DNA of 63,006 nt, filler included, from Rhabdomonas costata (taxonomy: Eukaryota): NCBI GenBank assembly GCA_019059605.1. It is 32 parts of 32 records of this genome, joined end to end, with 100 filler letters (N's around TTAATTAATTAA, not from the genome) between each part and the next. Parts side by side here need not be neighbours in the genome. Positions count along the whole stretch, not along the records: positions 1 to 1,874 come from JAHMHO010007903.1; positions 1,975 to 3,848 come from JAHMHO010007904.1; positions 3,949 to 5,819 come from JAHMHO010007905.1; positions 5,920 to 7,793 come from JAHMHO010007906.1; positions 7,894 to 9,764 come from JAHMHO010007907.1; positions 9,865 to 11,738 come from JAHMHO010007908.1; positions 11,839 to 13,710 come from JAHMHO010007909.1; 25 more parts are not named here. One strand, given 5' to 3'. The notes under the pieces were generated by a model. It made no database searches and had not been told where the DNA came from. It was given only the letters and a program-made list of their open reading frames with translations. How positions within the stretch are numbered: the stretch's first letter is position 1; the number at the start of each line of letters is the position of its first letter. This document shows positions 1-12,500 of this stretch, one piece after another. A program made the translations under genes and the position numbers.

Positions 1-772
1 GGTGGTTTGTCACTGCCACCGCGACCCATTTTTTTTGCAAGAAAAAGAAAAGAAAAAGTGCGGGGATACTGCAAGGCAGGGAGCTTGAGCACATTTGAAT
101 CATTTGGGAACCCCACTGAAAATGGGAGCTAACTCTGCGCTAAACGGGTGCTTCGTGGGTGGATGCCATGTCGCAGTAGGTTTCGACAATAACTAAATGA
201 CACCAGATAGGTATTTGCAGGCCATCCCCATAGCAGACCGGAAATGTCTGCATTGGCGGGCACAGAGAAGCAAAAGTTTGAGAATGGGGAGCAAAAAAAG
301 AGCCCTTCACTTCGACGCATACATACACAGGGGAGACAGTGAGGTAGGTTGGGTGTCAAATGCAGCGCCAATTCACACCCAGGCACTGTTTAGCCTCACT
401 CAAGCACGCGCACAAGCTGGAACCACAAGAGCAAAGCCGGACTTCAGGAAAGGAAAGGAAAGAAGCAGAACCAAAACGACCGCACAATAGCGTCACGCAC
501 ATCCGCCCCCCCCCCCACAAAAGCACCAAACAAAAGGAAAAAGGTAACTGCTTTCCGTGCATCCTTCTCAATCAACTCTACTCACTACCGCAGCTTCAGT
601 TGAGGAAAAGGTCGACAACCCAATGTCCCACCATCATTGGCTGCTCAATCGAACAGCTGGGTTCAGATGACGTTTCGCGTGATGGTCACCGATCACAAAA
701 ATATACCCCCCACCCCAATGCCCCAACTCATACAAACAACTTCCGGGGGTGGCATCCTGCATCCTGACACAC

Positions 773-1451
773 CTTCTCCTTGGCCAGGGCTTCTGCAGAG
801 GCAGGTCGCCTGCCAGGGCTTAGAGTGCCCCCATTGCTTTGCAGTGCGGCCTCGAACTGCTCAAGCTCAGTGAGCGTCTGTAGGCACCCCGGACCCCTTT
901 CCTTTTCCTTCCAATGCATATACCATTTCAGATTCCATGCTCTCTTGTTCTTTGGGGGGGGGGGTAAAGGTGGTGATGACAGTGACCATCATGGAACACA
1001 GCGACAGGGTACAGGCTTTTCAGAACCGAAATGTGAAACCAACAAGAGGCTTTTACTGCATTAATATGGCCCGTGTCACCTCAAAACAAAGAGGTGAAAG
1101 CTTAAAAAACAAGCGCGACCGATCGCACAGGAATCACCACCCGTTTACGTCTGAAAATGCCTGATTCAATGCACCCTTTTCTACGTTGCGGTTTTTGGAG
1201 ATGACAATAGTAACCACCAAAGGTCCAGGCCACACTACTTTGTGCAACAGATGACGGGCTCACTCAATCACAAGCCCCCCAAGGTGTCGCAGAAAACACA
1301 TACAAAAACCAGGCCACTCGATTTCGCCTCATCGCATCCTGTTGCATGCGGGCACTGAGGTGGTGGTGGTGGGAGAGCGGAGGGAGGAAGCAGACCTTCT
1401 CCCGTTCCAGCACACTGTCCGCAGCCTTTCGCCATAGAGCCGTAGCTTTGT
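773..1451 (-). CDS. Two internal exons of a helical/coiled-coil protein (weak resemblance to the CCDC87 C-terminal region)
   Basis: AG/GT-bounded exons 1451-1396 (KATALWRKAADSVLEREK) and 877-773 (TLTELEQFEAALQ...ALAKEK) join in phase 0. Confidence 0.45.
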
Positions 1452-1874
1452 CTGACAGGACAGAGGAACCCCACACACGCCAGCTCAGACTTCCCCAACT
1501 TAAAAAATATGTAGTTCAACACCAGTCCTTGCCACCACAGGCCAGCGCCATAAATGGCCTGCAAGCCTCGCCAGGGTCTCTTATAAGCGGAAACCTTTCA
1601 AAAGAATTCAAGAGCACTTTCCTCGGATCAGTTGCTCACTTTGATGCTGTTTGAATTTCCAAGAGTCAACAACTCGTCTTTTCAAAAACTTACTGCTTCA
1701 CTAAGAGCAGTGTCCAAATTCCAGAAGGGCACACCACTCTTCTCGTTGTGGAAAGCAACACTAAAAGCAACTTCCGAACTTAGGGCACCCAGATCCTTCT
1801 CACAACATCCTTCTTGTGGCGACTTCAAACCAGTGCTCAATAACCGAAATGGCCACTGGGGCATCCCAAACACC

Positions 1875-1974
1875 NNNNNNNNNNNNNNNNNNNNNNNNNN
1901 NNNNNNNNNNNNNNNNNNTTAATTAATTAANNNNNNNNNNNNNNNNNNNNNNNNNNNNNNNNNNNNNNNNNNNN
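1875..1974. other. Artificial contig linker N44-TTAATTAATTAA-N44 (first of 31, repeating every ~1.97 kb up to 61036-61135)
   Basis: Identical 100-nt spacers with stops in all six frames; the intervening contigs are all ~1865-1876 nt, as expected for length-sorted concatenation. Confidence 0.98.
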
Positions 1975-3848
1975 GGGTTTTTGGGAAAGCCCGCCCGGTA
2001 GTCCTTCGCCGGAATGGCTTTCCCGAGAATTTCAGGTGGGGCCTTGCCCTCCAAAACGTTGTACACCGTCCCTAGTGAGGGTGGGGTGCCCCGGGAAGTT
2101 GTGGTGGTGCTCATTGGAATCCAAAAGCAAGTATCGATCGATTCGAGTATTCAATGTCGATTCAAGTATCGACTCGACACGCAGAAAAAAAGGACATAGC
2201 GCTGATACCGTATGCGAACCTCAACCCAGGAGAAAGAGAAAGAGAAAGAGACCCACGCATAGGATGCGAGATTAGGGTGTCGTAACATTCAGCTCAATTG
2301 AGCAGCCTTGTGGCTGAGACCCATAAACTCATCGTCTCATCCCACGGAACGGTAGGGATTTTTTTTTGAAATGAACCAATATGACAGTTCCGCCAGGAAT
2401 GTCACGTGTTCAGTAGCAGAGAACGAAAAACATCAAGCACATGGAAAAAAGAAGAGGAGGCATCGGTACAAAGGTACAGTAGAGAGAAATGGTGTTTTTT
2501 ATATTGTTTTCGATGAAGTTCAGGTCGAAGGTATTGCATCAGACGGAGAAAAAACAGCTCAAACCACACTGAGCTGCTGACAAACTCTCTGGAACCAAAT
2601 TAACGTATTTGCTGGGTAACAGCAAACTCCGCGGCTTGGGCACTTTGTGATGAACCATGAAAGTTTTCGAGGTGCACAATCTGGAAAACGGGCATCGCGG
2701 GCACTTCTACTGGGCTGAAGGTGCAATTTTTCTCGGGTGACTGTTTGAAAGCGAGCTAGAGATTCAGCGACCGTTAGCTTTAGTAAAGGGTACAGTCCAT
2801 TGCGTATAGTGTGTATTGTGCAGCAGTTCTGATATCACGGTGTACCTTTCTTTCTCACCTCACACCAACGATCCCAATCAGATCTTTCGTTATTCGTCCT
2901 CTCACCTTCTGACACACAGGTCTCGACCGATTAACCCACACTCGCCGCACGCCCGTACCCACGTCGGCCAGTATGGCTCCGCAGGGGTCCCCTCCCGGGG
3001 CGGGTTCCACCCGGAGCTGCGAGTTGGCCTGTGGGGGCAGCACGTGCTTTGCAGAGTTCAGCCGGAAGTCCCCGGAGTGCAGGGCGTCGAGCATTAGGGA
3101 AGACAGCCGGGGGTCGTCGAAGGCCCCCAACAGCAGCTCTCGGGCCGCGGCAAGCGCCTCGCTGGACAGCATGTCCACCTCGGGCAGCTCTCGGTCGATG
3201 AACTCCTGAGGGAGGGCGGCGACATATTATTTGATGACGTCACTTCTCCACTTCCCCTGCTTTTTCGTTTCACCCTGGTTCATTTCTTGTTTCTTCTGCT
3301 TTTAAGTGAATGGTAAATGGGTGGGGCGACCCAAAGCGCTGGTGTGGAGAAAGCTCCAGGCAAACAAAGAGAGCGAGAGAGGAGAGGGAGGGAAAATGAC
3401 AAGGTCACGTTGGACGCGAAGTTGCCCACTCCGAATAGGTAAGAGTCATCTAAAATTTGACAAAATGACGAAATATGACCAAAAAGGCACTGCTGGAAGC
3501 ACACAGCTGAACGCAGCTGAGCATTAATGGGTTGAAAGAGACACAGAGAGGAATAAAGAGGAGCACACCAGGAAAATACTGGTTTCAAAGTTGGAAGTGT
3601 ACTCCCCCCAGCAGCACTTTCAGAAGTGCATATTTCAGTCAACAGCGACCCTCTCTCGCCATTACCATGAACTCTCCCTTTTTCTGGGTATGGGGTAATG
3701 CCTGGATTCTGGTGAGGTCCCCAGGCCACAGCTTGTGGGCAAAGGGGCGGGCAATCTGGTCAAAGCGAGTGGTATCCCTGGCCTTCGCCATCTCCGCCTT
3801 CAGAGCAGGGTCCACAATCACCTCAATGATAAACGGCCCCAAACCAAC
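1975..3848 (-). CDS. Multi-exon fragment of an unknown protein
   Basis: GC3-rich exons ~3848-3701 (apparent GC donor), 3205-2963 (EFIDRELPEVDML...CGAILAD, AG..GT) and ~2070-1975 (TVYNVLEGKAPPEILGK). Confidence 0.55.
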
Positions 3849-4163
3849 NNNNNNNNNNNNNNNNNNNNNNNNNNNNNNNNNNNNNNNNNNNNTTAATTAA
3901 TTAANNNNNNNNNNNNNNNNNNNNNNNNNNNNNNNNNNNNNNNNNNNNGCTTTTGCCGGCCACGTTGGCATACACTTGCATTGAAGCCTTTTGTCTGTTG
4001 CTGAACGTGTATATTTCCAACTTAGACCCATCACATCTTGATCCAGCATAGACCTGGTCCCAATATTTTAAATGCAAGCCTCACCCTATGCTGATCAAAG
4101 TTTTACCCAGGATGCCCGTATCCTTTGAGCTGTTCTGCTGTTCTGCTGTTGGGCTATTTTCAG

Positions 4164-5819
4164 GTCTTCTGGGGTGCCGTGGGAAACGCCAGCCGCCGAG
4201 ACCAGACCATCATGGGGCCTGTGGTGAACCTCGCGGCTCGGCTAATGGCGGCCTGCTCTCCCCTCAAGGCCTCCATTGTGGTCGACCGCGCCACTTGGCA
4301 GCTGACCTCCTCCAGTGTGGTGTACGACGAGAGCTTGGCCCCGGTTCCGATGAAGGGCCTGGGGGAGCCCGTGGCGGTGGTTTCAAGAAAGGCTCCGCGC
4401 AACGTTCGACGGTGTTTTCCCTCTCCTCCTTCTCCGCACCCCGTTGTAAGGTTTCGTCCAATAATAAAGAACGAGTGGCGCTGGCCGTTTACCATCCGCT
4501 TCCCCTTTGATTCCCTGTTGTTTTGTTTTTCCTGTCGATTCCTTTTCCAATCTATTTTTGTCTAAACCGGCCACTTTTTGGGGCCCATTATAGTTAGAAA
4601 CCCCCCTGTTTCGGCTTAGCCCTCATTTCGTCTGTGCTGCTTATGTTTGTTATGTGGTGAACGGAAACCGTGTTTATTCGTCGTTCCCTGCCCTTCCCTT
4701 CGCCGATTTTTCTTTGGATGTATGACTCGTGTTTCTGGTTGGCGTAAGGTGTGGGTTGTGCCGACGCCGTGCTGATGCTGCTGCGGGGCGAGGAGGGCTC
4801 CGGGAAGACGATGATGCTGCACGAGATCCGCCGCATGGCCACAGAGAGCGCCCTGGAAGCCGAGTCTGGCCACGTTCTGCTGGTGCGCTTTGCTGCTTTT
4901 CGACTTCTTCTGCAATACAAATAACGCCGAATCCATTTAGCCGTTGAGAGTCAGCGTGAAAACTTCAGATCGGGTATTGTTCTGAACTATTTCATTTTCT
5001 TTGGGTGTCACTTGCTGTTGGTATTCGAGGGAACGAAATGTTCACAGGAAGGAGTTGTTGGTTTCCTTTTGTTTCTGTTCCTTAGGCATCAGCGTACTGT
5101 TTACTGCTTTTAATATAGAAATAGAAATGTGTGTGCATGTGTGCAAACAACCCATCACAAAAGCAGCAGCCTCATCAGGATAGCCCGGGTCCTGTCCGTT
5201 CCCAGCACACACGTGGGGCACACATGTCCACCCGTCCCAGTTTTACCCGCTGGGTTCATCTCTCTCTCCCTTGCGCCGGGTCAGGGCAGCACGGAAGAGC
5301 TCCACGGCCAAACTCCCTTCCACATGTGGAGGCCGGTGTTGCTGAGCCTGCTGCAGCAGTACCTCGAGCAGGGGGACGCTGTGCTGGCGCAGATTCTGGT
5401 GCGGCGCCTGAAGCCCACAATCCCAAGCATCGAGAAGTCCCTGGCCCTGCTGAACACCCTTCTGAAGTACTTCAACTATGCTCGCCTCTTCGCCTCAGAT
5501 GACGTTTTTTATTCGTGCAGCACCGCTCTGAAGGGTTGAGGTTTATCCAGCAAAGGTCGCTTGCCCTTTTGACCCCGCAGACCGAGAATGATCCTTGAAC
5601 ACCTGAAAGATGTGCTAGAACGAACCTAAAGTCGATCTATCTCTGTGCATATGTTCTTTAGCACGGCGTTTCCTGGGGACCTCGGCGGGACTGGACCTTT
5701 CCGAAGCATCAACTTTGACGACCTCACCGCGCACATCCTGTGCGAGCTGCTGTGGGCCGAGGCCCACGCGGCACCGCCGCTGGTGATCCTCCTGGACGAC
5801 CTCCACAACGCCCAACACA
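4164..5819 (+). CDS. Class III adenylate/guanylate cyclase followed by a P-loop NTPase (soluble-AC/STAND-like architecture), partial
   Basis: Exon 4164-4379 carries the cyclase motif TIMGPVVNLAARLM...MKGLGEPVAV; exon from 4749 carries Walker A GEEGSGKT; exon ~5285-5466 has TPFHMWRPVL; exon ~5661-5819 has Walker B LVILLDDLH. Confidence 0.85.
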
Positions 5820-6091
5820 NNNNNNNNNNNNNNNNNNNNNNNNNNNNNNNNNNNNNNNNNNNNTTAATTAATTAANNNNNNNNNNNNNNNNNNNNNNNNN
5901 NNNNNNNNNNNNNNNNNNNAAATGGGAACAGAAATCCCTTCGAACAAGGAGCGTTTCAGCGACTCAAATGCGCATGTGGTGGTGTGCAGCGTGAATGGGA
6001 ATGTGGATGGGATACTGAGGTAAGCGTGCTCACATAAAACGAGCATTGTCGTTCTCTTCCTCTCCCTTGCACTGCCACGGGTGCCACTGAC

Positions 6092-7528
6092 CTGGGTCAT
6101 CCGGGTTCATCAGCTCGCTGAGCTGAGGCTTGTACTCTTCTGCCACGCTGGTCACTACAGTGTACGTCCGCTGGCTATGGGTGGATTCGGGATAGAAGGG
6201 GTGGATAAAATTCCGGAAGAAACAGGATAGAAAAAGACAGGGCCTTTGAAGTCAAAACTTTCATGTCCACCAGCGTTGACCTCAAGGGCGCTTGTACTTA
6301 CGGGGAGAAGGAAGCGAAAACCAGATCCTTACCATTTGAGAGGCATATAGAGCCATAATCAACCGGGTGTCTTCTCCTTGACCAAACCCCACAGAGCTTA
6401 AAATGACAGACGAGAGAGGGGAAACCCCCGAACACCCGGACACGGCAAGGGCACACAGACGTGCAACGACGTGCAAAGAAAGGGACATACACAGGGTGGA
6501 AGGCCAGGCTGTGTGGGGTGGCCAGCAGCGGGACCCGCTGCATCGGCCAGAAGCACTCCAGGCTGGTCCACCGCCCCTTCTGCTGGGGCTGCAGGTGAGC
6601 GATTGAGAGGCAGCTCTGCGTGCAAAGAAAACAGGAGGACCTCCCACACGAAACCCGAGGAGGGACGCAGACAGACCCGTCTGAGTCGCAGCGTAGAGCA
6701 CGCCCTTCCGTGATGACAGCATAACCCACGGCCACCCACCTGAATAAGAGCCTTGGTATGTCCCAGTACACTAACGTTAGTGTGAGGCTAAACCAGACTT
6801 GACAGTTTGACATAGTCATTTCAGAGAATTCAGCATCTCCCAGGGTCCAGCGGGCGACGTTCAAAAGAGGACGGGTGCGTTATCACAGAAACAGTTGAGA
6901 TAAACTTAGTGCAGGTTATGTTAAAGCGATAGATGCGTTGGCTGGGTTCGTGTGAATCTCAGGCATACTCGAAAAATCTCAGGCATACTGAATGCTCCCA
7001 GCTGCAAGCGACGTGGGTGCACGAGAAGCTTCTTTCGGGGTGTACGTGCCCAACAAAAGTCGGACCTCGCATGGCTTATGCACACCTTGAAGGAGGAGGC
7101 CTCCACAAAACCCCTTTGGCAGTTGCCGATGTGAAAGGGAGTGAGAGACTCCACGGGGCCCTCCGTGACCATCCGGTGCAGCACGACCCATCCCTTGTAC
7201 GAGAACACCTGTGGGCAGAAAAAAGTCCGGAAGAAGTCCAGAGATGACAAAGATGAAAAAATGGAAGAAAAAATGACCCATTAATGATCATATCTTTGTG
7301 TAAAGGGAAAACCTTAGGTTGTATGAAAGCTCAGCTCCAGAGGCAGTAAACAAGGCAGCGCACCTACGCACTCGCTCGGAAACGAAGCTCATACCTCTTT
7401 CCCCCCCACAGACACAGACACAGCGCTCACCAGTTGGTTTGACTTCCGCAACGTCTCGTTGGCCTTGGCCAGGGCCTCGTTGTATGGGGAGACCAGGTTG
7501 TCAATCACCACGCGGGGACATCTCACCC
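6092..7528 (-). CDS. Multi-exon fragment of an unknown protein
   Basis: AG/GT- or AG/GC-bounded coding-like exons: RCPRVVIDNLVSPYNEALAKANETLRKSNQL; VFSYKGWVVLHRMVTEG...SSFK; PQQKGRWTSLECFWPMQRVPLL; QRTYTVVTSVAEEYKPQLSELMNPDDP. Confidence 0.55.
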
Positions 7529-7893
7529 TGTCATGAAAAGTTCCCCACCCCCCTCCTGCTTGAGGACATGCTGGTAACGCAAAGGGGAGTGGGAGGGTAG
7601 GGCAGGAGGTTGTCAAGCACTGTCCTTGGCCCCACATCCGAGGGTTGACATTTGTTCTGGTGGTGATAGTTGAGAGTGGTCTTTTCCTGCTTTCCTGAAC
7701 TGAACTTCTTTTTAGACTGTAAGCACTATTCATCGAAGAAACATCATAAGGAAAAAATGAAGTTCAGTTCAGGAAAGCAGGAAAAGACCACCCNNNNNNN
7801 NNNNNNNNNNNNNNNNNNNNNNNNNNNNNNNNNNNNNTTAATTAATTAANNNNNNNNNNNNNNNNNNNNNNNNNNNNNNNNNNNNNNNNNNNN

Positions 7894-9609
7894 GGGTCCC
7901 TCAGCGGTGCAGGCGCCGATCTCTAAGTTCACGCCGTTCGCGATGCCGTCGTGGCTGGTGGAGAAGGTACGGCGGGAACTTGCCCGCTACCCTTTCAGAC
8001 TATTTTGCCTAGTGTTGACGTGTTTTCGTAAATTCTTTTATTCTTGGACATACACTACGTCTGCGTCAGTACTTTGTTAGTGCTTTACCGCGTGGTGTGT
8101 GGTGTTTTACTTGTCAGGTTTGTCAGGCGATCTATTTGAAGTGGTCTGATAGAAGAAAACACGATATCCACGGCGTGCCCGCACGAACGGGTTTCCAACA
8201 GCATCTGCGGCACATAGCAGATGGTTTGGATGGGCGCAGGATTGAACGATTGTGGCAGCAACATTGGCGCTGAAGCACAAATTGTACTGTTGCATAGGAA
8301 GACAAAGGAGCAGAAAGTCGGGGAGGGGTTGGAGAAGGAAAGGTTCTTTTTGAAAATGGGGAGTGAGCGAGGAGTATGAGGTGGTTTGATTAAGCATTGA
8401 CATCTATATGGTGTTCGCATGATTCGCCCGAAAATGTGTGCTGCGATTTTTGTAGATTTTCGGCCTAACGTTTTTTGCCCTCACCCCCTCCCCCGAAAGA
8501 AAAAACGATTAATTCCATTTCCTGCGTTTATACTTGCTTTTCATCATCAGCCCTTGAATGAATTCGACCGCAGAGAATGACCCCCCGCGCGCGGGCGTTT
8601 ATCCCACACAGCGTCCTCTCTGTTTCTCTATCGGAATCGCAGGAATACGCACAGTGCCGTATTCCCCCCCTTCAGATATCGTCCTTATTAAAACCAGTGT
8701 CGTGTGAACATTTCATCATTTTAGACGATCCGCAACTATGTCCGCTGCGCTGTTCTGGCAGCCGAGGCGGGTTATGACGGCGTGGAGATCATGGGAAGCG
8801 AAGGTGTGTGAAGCAAAGCTCTCCTTTCCGGAAGTACTTCTTTTCCACCTTTCTTTCTGTGTTTTCTCTAAGAAGCTTGCGGATCACCAATCAGCCTGCA
8901 CTGCAATGCAGCAAAGGAGTGCTTATCTGTGAGTGGCCCACCCCAAAGTAATGCCATTTTCGAGCGCTCTGGAGGTCGCTTTTCGAAGGGTTCGATGGTG
9001 CCTGGTTGGGTGGACGGTGCACGGGTGGGTGGATGTGGTTGCCCCGCCAGGGTACCTGATCAACCAGTTCCTGTGCGCGCGGACCAACAAACGGACGGAC
9101 CAGTGGGGGGGCTCCCTGGAGAACCGAATGCGGTTCCCCATTGAGATCGTGCGGCGGACTCGCGAGGCGGTGGGGAAGAACTTTATCATCGTGTACCGGC
9201 TGTCGATGCTGGACCTCGTGGAGAAAGGTCTGAGCTGCGTTTGAGTGTGTAGAAATCATAGCTTCACGCTGGTTTCTCTTACTCCAGGGTTGTCAATGTC
9301 AACCGCTTTTGCTTTCTCGAGCAATGCCGGCACCTTTTCCTGGGCACCACACTCGATGCAAGTCTGCTTATGTAACAGTGCTGCATTTGACGCATAGGTT
9401 ATGGGGGCTGGTGCCGGCCCTTGCGACTTCGTTTTCTGTTCACAGGCCAGACATGGCCTGAGGTGGTGAAGCTGGCAAAGGAGATCGAGAAGGCTGGAGT
9501 CACCATTATCAACACGGGCATCGGGTGGCACGAGGCGCGCATCCCCACCATCGCCACAGTGGTGCCGCGTGGCGCCTTCTCTTGGGTCACGAAGAAGCTG
9601 AAGTTCGAG
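7894..9609 (+). CDS. fadH: Bacterial-type 2,4-dienoyl-CoA reductase (FadH, old-yellow-enzyme-like barrel), 4 internal exons
   Basis: Exons 7894-7966, 8725-8803, 9051-9227 and 9446-~9609 splice to PSAVQAPISKF...AGYDGVEIMGSEGYLINQFL...RTDQWGG...YRLSMLDLVEKG...INTGIGWHEARIPTIATVVPRGAFSWVTKKLK, closely matching E. coli FadH motifs. Confidence 0.95.
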
Positions 9610-9864
9610 GCATGTGTGCCGCTTTCGCTTTCTTGAACCAATCCACTTCCTTATGACCGAAAGTACGCTTTCTTGTGGATTCTGTTTCGTGCTGTATTCA
9701 AAGGAGGGCTTTGTTTTACTCAGGACACCTCTTTCTGGGAACCCTTGAAGGAAGCAAACACACANNNNNNNNNNNNNNNNNNNNNNNNNNNNNNNNNNNN
9801 NNNNNNNNTTAATTAATTAANNNNNNNNNNNNNNNNNNNNNNNNNNNNNNNNNNNNNNNNNNNN

Positions 9865-11738
9865 GGGGTTGGTTAATCCGAATGGCATCACGGTCCATTC
9901 TAACCAGCCAAACTTTGTCTGGAAGGCTGTTTTGTGCTCGTCTTCGGCGCGGATTCAAATCTTGTGAAAACCACTCTACAAGTCCATTTTCGTGAAGTAT
10001 CGAGCTGTCGCTAAACATTCCAGCATCTCTTCGATTCTCGGCAGATGGTACTTGTCCTGATCGTGATTCAATTCAGGGCACGGTAATCAATGACAATTAG
10101 ACGGGACTTGTCCTTCTTGTCCATTAGCAGGAAGCTCGCTTCAAAGGGACTCATAGACGGTCGGATTCTACCGGCTTCTATCAGCTCGTCGAGTTGCCTT
10201 CTGACCTATGTCTAATCAATGTGAGACATACTGTGCAACCGGTGTGCCGGAGGCGTTGTACTGAGTTCAGTGTCAATTCTGTAGTATGTCGATCTGGAAG
10301 TGGGAAGTCAGGCTGGAATCTTGTACGGGAAGACATCTCTGAACTCCTCGACCAGTCGAGTGATCTCCTCTGGTGCATGTGCGGTGTCTACAGGCGGCCC
10401 GCACCTGGCCAATTAGTTCTTTTACGCCTCTGCTGGAAGTCTGCCGAAATTCCAGACTCTTGATGATTTCGGTGCGCTCCTCGGGTGTGAGGTCAATTTC
10501 TTCAGTGTGGTCCGCCCCATTTATCCAGAGCAGTGGGGAAGCGAGCGTCGACTTATTTTGGCTCCTGTTAGCGGTTGGTCAACATGCGCTAATGGTTCGG
10601 TGTAGTTCGGAGCCAAGATGTCAATACTTCGAAAGTGTTCTCCACAAAGTCTAATGAAAGGCACCTGCCTGGTGGATGATTGCGCTTGAACATGGTATTT
10701 CCGACCCTGGTTGAGAGTGATCTGAAGGGTTGACCAGTAGGCTTGGACTCTGAAGTACTGGAGGAACTGGTATCCGAGGATCATCGGGATTGGTGATGTG
10801 ATTACCTTGAGAGATAGTCGGAGTCTGAGGTCGCAGATTTGCAACATACGAACAAACATAGGAACAAATGTGTCGACTTGGATGCTGTTTCAGTCCAACT
10901 TGGTCACTGGGATCTCTCGGGGCTTGGATAGTGTCATATTGAGAGCATCTGCTACGGTTGACGAAATAAAATTGTCGCTGCACCAAGAGTCTAGCATGGC
11001 GGTGACGTTTTGCCATAACATTTGAACCTGAACGTAAATAAGTCGCTCATTCTCCATGGGGATTTGTTCGTCGGTTGGCTTCGCCTCCATCGTCGCGATC
11101 ATCAACTCGGTGAGTGGCACATCAGCTTCAAACTCCTTTGGTTTCCGACAGATCTTGGATTTGGAGGTTGGTGAGTGTGTTTGTGTACATGAGCCTGGTA
11201 AGTTCTGAGGAGCCTGTGCTCCATACGTGGCCTCGGTCTGCAGCGTCTTCCCGGAGATTGACACGTGATGGGTCGGGGATGGTTCGACACTGGGATTGGT
11301 GATCCACTTTCTTCGGGTCGCTCCAAAACGGGAAACGTGGTTCAAGAATTTCTTGCTTGCTTTGCGGTCTGGCTAGATGTAGAAATCGAATTGTTATCTT
11401 TTAGATGCTTGGATTTCAGCTAAACTAGTCATGGTGAGTGTCTGCGTCCCGGCTTCTCGAGCTGGGGTATCTGCAGATCATTCCAGAGAGTCTCGGAAAG
11501 TCGCATGAATTTTTGCAACATCGGCTCACCAGTCTGCTCTGCTTGCTTTGAACCTGCAGCCTGAGTCTTCTGTCTCAGATTTGGTGTTCCGACTGTAAGC
11601 GTCACAGCTGGTGGATGAGTCGTGGCGGTGGCATGTCTCGCAGCCAGTGCCAATGAATTTGACCTATTTCTACTCTGTTTGCGCAGAACTAGATGATTTG
11701 GGCGCTCGAAAAGTGCAACTAATTGGTTACAACAACAA
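9865..11738 (-). mobile_element. Degenerate Ty3/Gypsy LTR retrotransposon (gag-protease-RT start), copy A
   Basis: Protease-like AMLDSWCSDNFIS; RT N-terminus ELIEAGRIRPSMSPFEASFLLMDKKDKSRLIVIDYRALN; many stops and frameshifts. Confidence 0.88.
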
Positions 11739-12187
11739 NNNNNNNNNNNNNNNNNNNNNNNNNNNNNNNNNNNNNNNNNNNNTTAATTAATTAANNNNNN
11801 NNNNNNNNNNNNNNNNNNNNNNNNNNNNNNNNNNNNNNGGGTGGGTGTGGTTGCAACTCGCTTCGGGAGTACGCGGGAGCTCCGTGCTGTACAAAAACAA
11901 CAAGCATTCTGACAAGCAGGCTGAGAGCAGGCCAACAGGGTTCTCCGAACTCTCGGAAACTCAGCATGATACGTGCGTTCCCTTTTGTAGGAAAGAGAGC
12001 AGTGCTACACGGAATCTTAGCCTTCGGCAATTTTCGTGCTTCTCTGGAACGAAACAAAACACCGAGCATTCGAGCATTCCATCATACGCTTTGAATCCCA
12101 AGAACTCCACCCTGGTGCAGGCCAAATAATGGGCTGGCGAGGTGCATGAATGCACGTACGGTGACCTCCATGAAAAAATGCGGGAAA

Positions 12188-12500
12188 TCACAGGGGGGAT
12201 TTCCTGCGGAAGCTGTAGGCAACGCGCCCATCGCAGACAGCCCCGAAGCCAAAGCGCTCCGTCATTCCCAGCCACAACTCCTGCCCAGAGTTGTTTGAGA
12301 CCATGAACGCGCACCGCATCCAATGTGAGCTGCACAGGAGGCCTTCCTTGTGTCGCTTCACAGAGTGGGGGTTCACCGCGATCCCTTCCTGCGCCAGAGC
12401 CTCTGCAATTTGGTTGCAGGAAGATGTAAAGCCACCCTGGTAGTAGTCACCCGGGCACTCGGAGCCCAGCCGCGCAAAGCAGACCGCACCAGAAGGGAAT
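12188..12500 (-). CDS. Probable terminal exon of an unknown protein
   Basis: Coding-like stretch FARLGSECPGDYYQGGF...RVAYSFRRKSPL* after a pyrimidine tract; exact acceptor unclear. Confidence 0.35.

Noticed and set aside
6798-6865. Possible exon NVARWTLGDAEF with a non-AG acceptor
   Set aside because: No homology anchor, and the flanking exons join in frame without it, so a non-canonical intron cannot be supported
7676-7791. Perfect 33-bp inverted repeat
   Set aside because: It has no mismatches and the second arm runs into the contig end, typical of an amplification fold-back chimera
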